Origin: Pseudodesulfovibrio mercurii
GTDB taxonomy: Bacteria; Desulfobacterota; Desulfovibrionia; Desulfovibrionales; Desulfovibrionaceae
Assembly: GCF_000189295.2 (NCBI RefSeq)
Contig: NC_016803.1
Location: forward strand, 150,001 to 182,000
Direction: 5' to 3'
Length of the DNA stretch: 32,000 bases
Part shown: one piece after another, positions 26,204 to 32,000 of the stretch
Position numbering within the stretch: the first letter of the stretch is position 1
Layout: each line of letters begins with the position of its first letter
Program-made: the position numbers and the translations under genes
The notes under the pieces: generated by a model
Told to the model about the DNA's origin: nothing
Seen by the model: only the letters and a program-made list of their open reading frames with translations
Databases searched by the model: none

Positions 26204-28393
26204 TTACGCGGCGGCCTTCACCTGGCGGCGCCGGGCGTGGAGGATCGGTTCGGTGTAGCCGTTGGGCTGGCTCGCGCCCTTGAAGATCAGGTCGCGGGCC
26301 GCCTGGAAGGCGAAGCTCCCGTCGAAGTCCGGGGCCATGGGCCGGTAGGCCGGGTCCCCCTGGTTCTGGCGGTCCACCACCTCGGCCATGGCCTTGAGGG
26401 TCTTCAGAACCGCCTCTTCGGTGCAGATCCCATGGCGCAGCCAGTTGGCCAGGTGCTGGCTCGAGATGCGCAGGGTGGCCCGGTCCTCCATGAGGCCCGT
26501 GCCGCTCAGGTCCGGGACCTTGGAGCAGCCCACGCCCTGGTCCACCCAGCGGACCACGTAGCCGAGGATGGACTGGCAGTTGTTGGCCAGTTCATGGGCC
26601 ACGTCCTCGGCCGAGGGGCGCTCCCCGCGCATGAGCGGCAGGGTGGTCAGGATGTCCAGGGAGGCGCGCATCTTCCCGGCCAGCTCGCGCTGGCGGGCGA
26701 ACACGTCGGTCTGGTGGTAGTGCAGGGCGTGCAGGGTGGCGGCCGTGGGCGAAGGCACCCAGGCGCAGTTGGCCCCGGCCCTGGGATGGACGCCCTTGGT
26801 CTCGACCATCTCGCGCATCATGTCGGGCTTTGCCCACATGCCCTTGCCGATCTGGGCCCTGCCCGAGAAGCCGCAGGCCAGGCCGATGTCCACGTTCCAG
26901 TCCTCGTAGGCCGCGATCCACGGTTCGGCCTTGATGGCCTCCTTGCGGACCATGGGCCCGGCCTCCATGGCCGTGTGGATCTCGTCGCCGGTGCGGTCCA
27001 GGAAGCCGGTGTTGATGAAGATGACCCGTTCGGCCGCCTGCCGGATGCACTCCTTGAGATTCAGGGTGGTCCGCCGCTCCTCGTCCATGATGCCGACCTT
27101 GAGGGCCAGGGCGGGCAGTCCCAGGACCTTTTCCACGGCCGCGAACAGGTCGCGGGTGAAGGCGACCTCGGCGGGCCCGTGCATCTTGGGCTTGACGATG
27201 TACACGCTGCCGGTCCTGCTGTTGCGCCAGCGGCCGTCGCCGTTCAGGTCGTGCAGGAAGATCAGGCCGGTGGCCAGGGTGTCGAGGATGCCCTCGGGCA
27301 CCTCCTCGTAGCCGTCGGGCCCGTCCATGAGCACCGCGTCAGTGGTCATCAGGTGGCCCACGGTGCGGACCAGGAGCATGCTCCGGCCCGGCAGGGTCAC
27401 GGTCCCGCCGCCGGGCGCGGCATAGGTCCGGTCGTCGTTCAGGGTGCGGGTCACGGTCCGGCCGCCCTTGTCGAAGCTGGCCGTAAGGTCGCCCATGACC
27501 AGGCCGAAGAGATTCAGGTAGGTCAGTCCCTTGTCCTCGCCGTCCACCACGGCCACGGAGTCCTCGCAGTCGAGGATGGTGGACATGGCCGACTCCAGGA
27601 CCACGTCCTTGATGCCCGCCGGGTGGTCGCGGCCAACTCGGTGCTCGGGGTCGAACCGCAATTCGATGTGCAGGCCGTTCTTGACGAAGAGCAGGGACTT
27701 GAGCGCGCCGTTCTCCTCCACATACCCCGCGAACTGGTCCGGGTCGCGCAGGGCGGTGGTCCGGCCGTCGAGCAGGGTCACGGCCACGGTCCTTCCCGCC
27801 GGGCCGTCGGTCACGGCAAAGGCCGTGGCGTCGCGGTGGGCGCCGTCGGCCAGGGGCACCGCCGTGTCCAGGTGGGCGGCGGCCCAGGCCATGACCTGCT
27901 GGCCGCGCCGGGGGTCGTACCCCTTGGCCGGGACCGCGTCCTTCTCGATGACGTCCGAGCCGTACAGGGCGTCGTACAGGCTGCCCCAGCGGGCGTTGGC
28001 CGCGTTCAGGGCAAAGCGGGCGTTGGTCGCCGGGACGACCAGCTGCGGCCCGGCGATGGTCGCGATCTCGGGGTCCACGTTTTCGGTGGTGATGGTGAAG
28101 TCCCCGCCCTCGGGCACGAGATAGCCGATCTCGCGCAGGAAGGCGTGGTAGGTCCGCTTGTCCCCGGGCTGGCCCGGATGGGCCCGGTGCCATTCGTCCA
28201 TGGCCGCCTGGATGCGGTCGCGCTCGGCCAGCAGTTCGCGGTTGCGCGGGGCAAAGGCCCGGAACACGCTTTCGGCTCCGGTCCAGAAGGCGGTTTCATC
28301 CAGTCCGGTTCCTGCCGATATGGTCCTGACGGCTTCGGCGAGATTCCCGTCTATGGACAGGCCGCCGATCTCTATTCTTTGCGTCACATTCAC
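26204..28393 (-). CDS. glcB: Malate synthase G
   Basis: Collinear with E. coli GlcB as I remember it: [139 protein letters not shown]. The start is GTG at 28393 or, with better AGGAG spacing, GTG at 28387. Confidence 0.95.
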   Translation of the reverse strand: MNVTQRIEIGGLSIDGNLAEAVRTISAGTGLDETAFWTGAESVFRAFAPRNRELLAERDRIQAAMDEWHRAHPGQPGDKRTYHAFLREIGYLVPEGGDFTITTENVDPEIATIAGPQLVVPATNARFALNAANARWGSLYDALYGSDVIEKDAVPAKGYDPRRGQQVMAWAAAHLDTAVPLADGAHRDATAFAVTDGPAGRTVAVTLLDGRTTALRDPDQFAGYVEENGALKSLLFVKNGLHIELRFDPEHRVGRDHPAGIKDVVLESAMSTILDCEDSVAVVDGEDKGLTYLNLFGLVMGDLTASFDKGGRTVTRTLNDDRTYAAPGGGTVTLPGRSMLLVRTVGHLMTTDAVLMDGPDGYEEVPEGILDTLATGLIFLHDLNGDGRWRNSRTGSVYIVKPKMHGPAEVAFTRDLFAAVEKVLGLPALALKVGIMDEERRTTLNLKECIRQAAERVIFINTGFLDRTGDEIHTAMEAGPMVRKEAIKAEPWIAAYEDWNVDIGLACGFSGRAQIGKGMWAKPDMMREMVETKGVHPRAGANCAWVPSPTAATLHALHYHQTDVFARQRELAGKMRASLDILTTLPLMRGERPSAEDVAHELANNCQSILGYVVRWVDQGVGCSKVPDLSGTGLMEDRATLRISSQHLANWLRHGICTEEAVLKTLKAMAEVVDRQNQGDPAYRPMAPDFDGSFAFQAARDLIFKGASQPNGYTEPILHARRRQVKAAA

Positions 28394-28463
28394 TCCTGAT
28401 GGGGCTGGGTTACGGAACGGTCTCCAAGGGAGACATTCTTACCAGATTGCCCGGAGTCGTGGA

Positions 28464-28478
28464 GCAATGCAACCCCCA
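28464..28478 (-). promoter_or_regulatory. Weak sigma-54-like element upstream of glcB
   Basis: The minus strand reads TGGGGG-TTGCA-TTGC. The GG-N10-GC spacing and the -12 TTGC are correct, but the -24 box is degenerate (GGG instead of CAC). It lies about 72 nt upstream of the start. Confidence 0.3.
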
Positions 28479-28574
28479 TCGACTTTTTTCACACCGCGTT
28501 TTGCATATCAGGGGATTGTTTCCGGACCGGGGGGGTGCCGGGCCGCGCGCAGGGGGATTCGGAAGGGAGGGCGG

Positions 28575-28943
28575 CTACCGTCCGGCGGCGTCCAGGATGC
28601 GTTTCCAGAGCCGTTCCAGGGGCACGGGCTTGAGCAGGTAGTCGAAGGCCCCGGCGTCCAGGGACTGCATGTGCCGGGTCATGTCGCCTTCGCCCGTGAG
28701 GACGATGACCTCGGTCTCGGGGAAGTTCTTGCGGATGATCTTGAGGGTCTCGATGCCGTTCAGGTCGGGCATGTTCATGTCCAGCAGGACCACGTCCACG
28801 GGGCCGGATTCCAGCACGGCCCAGGCGTCCACGCCGCCTTCCGCCGTGCGCACGGACGCCCCGAGGTGGCCGAGCCGCCGGGACAGGGCGGCGACAAAGG
28901 CGGCCTCGTCGTCAACGAGCAGTATGCGGACGGGATCGGTCAT
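28575..28943 (-). CDS. Stand-alone response regulator receiver (CheY-like, 122 aa)
   Basis: ILLVDDE, phospho-acceptor context VVLLDMNMPDLNG, VIVLTG, and the conserved Lys in YLLKP. AGGAGAA RBS upstream of the ATG at 28943. Confidence 0.9.
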   Translation of the reverse strand: MTDPVRILLVDDEAAFVAALSRRLGHLGASVRTAEGGVDAWAVLESGPVDVVLLDMNMPDLNGIETLKIIRKNFPETEVIVLTGEGDMTRHMQSLDAGAFDYLLKPVPLERLWKRILDAAGR

Positions 28944-29426
28944 GCCTGGTTTCTCCTGTGTTGGTTCCTTTCAATGAACATGCCAGCCGTTGCATGCGCA
29001 CCACGTCTTGATACTTTTTTCTCCGCTTGTCGATGACAAATTAAAAACTGTAATTTCAGGATGTTGAGTAACAATGGTTCGGAAGGAACCACCCGCTGCA
29101 ACAGGGAACACAAAATAAATTGCCATAAGGATTCAAGGCAATGAAGGGATAAGTGGGGTGTTTTTACCCGCATTGTGATATGAATGTTTCGGGGGTCCCT
29201 TTCTACGGGGTTTCAGGGTGGTAAAAGGGTATCGGTACATTTTGTATCACTGGGAGGAAAAGTACCACTTACTTCATGAAAATAGCAAAAAACAGGGTGC
29301 AGAAAGGGTCCATATTGGTCCGCGAGGGGCTGCGGACGGCAAGAGGATGTTTTTTGATAATATAGTTATTTCAAAAAGTTATAAAAAGTAGCGGCGGCCG
29401 TCATCCAGCTCGCGCGGTGACGGCTG

Positions 29427-29441
29427 TGGCACACGATTTGC
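29427..29441 (+). promoter_or_regulatory. Sigma-54 (-24/-12) promoter of the histidine kinase operon
   Basis: TGGCAC-ACGAT-TTGC on the plus strand, an exact core match, 77 nt upstream of the ATG at 29519. It lies inside the N-terminal extension that the ORF track gives the kinase (29417). Confidence 0.75.
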
Positions 29442-29518
29442 TCATAGGGCCTCAGCTGGAGAGGTGTCGGGCATTTCCTGCGGCCGTCAAGGCCGAGACC
29501 ATAACCGAGAGTGGGGCC

Positions 29519-31234
29519 ATGCATCCGGAGCGGAAGTCATCCTACGACAACCTGTCGCGAAACCTGTCGCTGACGGTCATCACGGTGTCCTTTGCCCCGC
29601 TGATCCTGGTGGGCGGCCTCATCTTCCATCAGTTCCGTTCCATATACACCGAAAAGGTCTTCGCCCACCTGGCCGAGGTGGTGGACAAGCACGCGGCCGA
29701 CATCAACACCTTTCTGCAGGACAAGCTCACCGAGGTCCAGTACATCAGCCGGACCTCCACCTTCCAAGACCTGACCACCTCGAACCACCTGGAAAAGGCC
29801 CTGCGCGGGATGCAGCAGCAGTACGGCCGCATCTTCGTCGATCTGGGCGTGGTCGACAGCCACGGCCGCCAGGTGGCCTATGCCGGTCCGTTCAGCCTTT
29901 TGGGCGCGGACTATTCAGGGGCGGACTGGTTCCGCAACTCCAAGGAGCGCGACGCCATCATCAGCGACGTCTTCGAGGGGTTGCGCCAGTCCCCCCACTT
30001 CATCATCTCCGTCAGCCAGGGGCGGGGCGAGGATCGCTGGACCCTGCGGGCGACCATCGACTTCTTGTCCTTCAGCTACCTGGTTCAGAACATCCGCATC
30101 GGCGAGACCGGCTTCGCCTACATCCTGAATGGCCGGGGCGTGTACCAGACCCGGCCCAAGGACGAGCACAACCAGGACCTGGAGCTGACCCCGCGCCGCC
30201 GGATCGCCGACTTCAACTCCGTGCCCGGCGTGTCCATCGCCGAGTCCGTGGACAAGGGCGGCGACACCTACGTCACGGTGACCGCGCCCCTCAAGGGCGG
30301 CGACTGGAAGCTGGTCTACCAGCAGAACACCTCGGACGCCTTTTCGGCCATGACCCGCACCGAGTACGTCACCCTGGGCATCTTTCTCATCGGCGGCCTG
30401 GCCATCGTGGCCATGGCCCTGATCATTTCGCGCAAGCTCGTGCTTCGCTTCCAGGCCATCGACCAGGAATCCGAGCTCATGAGCAAGCAGATCGTCGAGA
30501 CCGGCAAGCTGGCGGCCATCGGCGAACTGGCCGCGGGCATCGCCCACGAGATCAACAACCCTGTAGCCATCATGATCGAGGAGGCGGGCTGGGTCAGCGA
30601 CCTCCTTGAGGACGAGGGCCAGGACCTGCCGTCCTACGGCGAGATCAAGCGGGCGCTGACCCAGGTGGGCAACCAGGGGCGGCGGTGCAAGGACATCACC
30701 CACAAGCTCCTGTCGTTCGCCCGGCAGTCCGACACCAGGGCGACCGAGATGTCCGTGCCCGACTTCATCCGCGAGGTGGTGGAGATCTCCATGCAACAGG
30801 CACGCTTCGCCCAGGTGGATTTCGACCTCGACCTGGACGAGTCCATGCCGCGCATCTCGGCCTCGGCCACGGAATTGCAGCAGGTCCTGCTCAACCTGGT
30901 CAACAACGCCATTCAGGCCATGGAGCCGGACGGCGGCAAGCTGTTCATCCGCTGCGGCGTGGAGGAGGGCCAGGCGGCCATCACCGTGGAGGACACCGGG
31001 CCCGGCATCCCGGCCGCCAACCTGGCCCGCATCTTCGACCCGTTTTTCACCACCAAGCCCGTGGGCAAGGGCAGCGGGCTCGGATTGTCCATATGTTTCG
31101 GAATCATCCACCAGATGGGTGGAGAAATAGATGTGGAGAGCACTGTGGGCAAGGGCACGCGGTTCACCATCCGTCTGCCGCTGCCGATGCCCGCCAGGCA
31201 ACCTGAAACGCGACAGGAGATTCGACATGACTGA
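29519..31234 (+). CDS. Sensor histidine kinase with a periplasmic Cache-like domain
   Basis: TM1 LSLTVITVSFAPLILVGGLIF, then a periplasmic segment of about 270 aa (VDSHGRQVAYAGP...ADWF), then TM2 VTLGIFLIGGLAIVAMALII. H-box LAAGIAHEINNP, N-box LLNLVNNAIQAM, G1 VEDTGPGIP, F FDPFFTTK, G2 GSGLGLSI. Confidence 0.9.
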   Translation: MHPERKSSYDNLSRNLSLTVITVSFAPLILVGGLIFHQFRSIYTEKVFAHLAEVVDKHAADINTFLQDKLTEVQYISRTSTFQDLTTSNHLEKALRGMQQQYGRIFVDLGVVDSHGRQVAYAGPFSLLGADYSGADWFRNSKERDAIISDVFEGLRQSPHFIISVSQGRGEDRWTLRATIDFLSFSYLVQNIRIGETGFAYILNGRGVYQTRPKDEHNQDLELTPRRRIADFNSVPGVSIAESVDKGGDTYVTVTAPLKGGDWKLVYQQNTSDAFSAMTRTEYVTLGIFLIGGLAIVAMALIISRKLVLRFQAIDQESELMSKQIVETGKLAAIGELAAGIAHEINNPVAIMIEEAGWVSDLLEDEGQDLPSYGEIKRALTQVGNQGRRCKDITHKLLSFARQSDTRATEMSVPDFIREVVEISMQQARFAQVDFDLDLDESMPRISASATELQQVLLNLVNNAIQAMEPDGGKLFIRCGVEEGQAAITVEDTGPGIPAANLARIFDPFFTTKPVGKGSGLGLSICFGIIHQMGGEIDVESTVGKGTRFTIRLPLPMPARQPETRQEIRHD

Positions 31235-31658
31235 TGCCACTGTTTTGATCGTGGACGACGAACGGGGGTTCGTCGAGACCATGGCCAAGCGGCTCGAAAA
31301 GCGCAACATGACCGTTTTCCAAGCCTTCGACGGTGACGAGGCCATGGTCCGGTTGGCGGAACATCCGAACATCCAGGTGGTCATCCTGGATATGAAGATG
31401 CCCGGCAAGGACGGCCTTGTCGTGTTGCAGGAGATCAAGGAAGCGCACCCCCTGGTCGAGGTCATCATGCTGACCGGTCACGCCACGGTCCCCTCGGCCG
31501 TGGAGGGCATCCAGCACGGAGCGTACGACTATCTGATGAAGCCGTGCAGCTTCGAGGACCTGAACCAGAAGATCGCCGAGGCCGTAGCGCTCAAGGGCGA
31601 GAACGAGGAAGCGGCCATCGAGGCCCGGCTCAGCAAGATCGCCGGGCGCATGGGGTAG
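31227..31658 (+). CDS. Stand-alone response regulator receiver (143 aa)
   Basis: The ATG at 31227 overlaps the kinase stop by 8 nt. VLIVDDE, VVILDMKMPGKDG, VIMLTGH, YLMKP. A short helical C-terminal tail has no output domain. Confidence 0.9.
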   Translation: MTDATVLIVDDERGFVETMAKRLEKRNMTVFQAFDGDEAMVRLAEHPNIQVVILDMKMPGKDGLVVLQEIKEAHPLVEVIMLTGHATVPSAVEGIQHGAYDYLMKPCSFEDLNQKIAEAVALKGENEEAAIEARLSKIAGRMG

Positions 31659-31674
31659 CGGCGTGGACAGGACC

Positions 31675-32000
31675 ATGGACAACGTCGGCGGCGCCGGGCG
31701 CGTCGTGCGCCTGCTCATCGTGGACGATGAGACCGGGTTCGCCGAGGTCCTGTGCAAGCGCATGCGCCGACGGGGCGTGGAAGCGGCGTCGGCCGCCAGC
31801 GGCGATGAAGCGGTGCGGCTGCTTCGCCGCGAGGAGTTCGACGTGGCCATCGTGGATCTCAAGCTCCAGGGCATGAACGGGATCGAGATCCTCAAGGTGT
31901 TTCGGCTGATGGCCCCGGACATGCCGGTGCTCATGCTCACCGGCCACGGCAGCGAGGAGGCCCGCGACGAGTGCATCAAACTCGGTGCGGCGGGCTATCT
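31675..32000 (+). CDS. Response regulator, receiver domain only visible (3' end outside the window; output domain unknown)
   Basis: My own translation from the ATG at 31675: MDNVGGAGRVVRLLIVDDETGFAEVLCKRMRRRGVEAASAASGDEAVRLLRREEFDVAIVDLKLQGMNGIEILKVFRLMAPDMPVLMLTGHGSEEARDECIKLGAAGY. It is open to the window edge. It is absent from the ORF track because no stop codon is reached. Confidence 0.8.
   Translation, partial: MDNVGGAGRVVRLLIVDDETGFAEVLCKRMRRRGVEAASAASGDEAVRLLRREEFDVAIVDLKLQGMNGIEILKVFRLMAPDMPVLMLTGHGSEEARDECIKLGAAGY

Noticed and set aside
29113-29129. A sigma-54-like sequence, TGGCAA-TTTAT-TTTG, on the minus strand facing the divergent receiver gene.
   Set aside because: The -12 element is shifted and lacks the conserved GC (TTTG instead of TTGC). 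It lies in an AT-rich tract where such near-matches arise by chance.
28940-29173. A 77-aa minus-strand ORF in the long intergenic region.
   Set aside because: It overlaps the start of the receiver gene. It is AT-rich with atypical codon usage for this genome, and it has no RBS or recognisable motif.
29276-29365. A 29-codon plus-strand ORF (MKIAKNRVQKGSILVREGLRTARGCFLII) upstream of the kinase promoter. It could be a leader peptide.
   Set aside because: The only Shine-Dalgarno-like sequence (GGGAGG, 29251-29256) is 19 nt from the ATG. The ORF is full of codons that look rare for this genome (ATA, AGA, AGG, TTG). It is most likely non-coding.
29417-29518. The N-terminal extension of the histidine kinase ORF (GTG at 29417).
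   Set aside because: It contains an exact sigma-54 promoter and has no RBS. The ATG at 29519 directly precedes the first transmembrane segment.

Overview
This is a GC-rich chromosomal segment with strong GC3 bias. The gene content points to a Desulfovibrio-type sulfate reducer: a Mop aldehyde oxidoreductase, a tetraheme cytochrome c3 and several sigma-54 promoters. I found no rRNA, tRNA, CRISPR array, transposase or integrase.

Layout:
1. A 5'-truncated mop gene (3-2492) ends in a strong intrinsic terminator.
2. Sixteen nt after that terminator begins a run of nine start/stop-overlapping genes (2562-11516). They encode a multidomain Fe-S/CCG oxidoreductase, a 72-aa zinc-ribbon protein, a SAM methyltransferase, a C_GCAxxG_C_C protein, a radical SAM enzyme with two CX3CX2C motifs, a PaaK/F390-synthetase-like adenylating enzyme, XdhC, a MobA/MocA-like NTP transferase fused to an HD domain, and a histidine phosphatase.
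3. A polytopic membrane protein and a SWIM-SNF2 helicase lie on the minus strand.
4. An orphan family-5 solute-binding lipoprotein sits directly upstream of rel.
5. Two adjacent minus-strand genes, a His/Gln/Asn-rich secreted repeat protein and cytochrome c3, each have an exact TGGCAC-N5-TTGC promoter and nearly the same signal peptide.
6. A polar amino-acid ABC operon has hairpins in both intercistronic gaps.
7. A glcB-sdaA pair follows.
8. A Cache-type histidine kinase locus with three receiver proteins sits behind a third exact sigma-54 promoter.

The best candidate for an undescribed system is the mop-linked cassette. Known Moco/MCD maturation accounts for only two of its nine genes.

The many long ORFs antisense to these genes are GC-rich artefacts.
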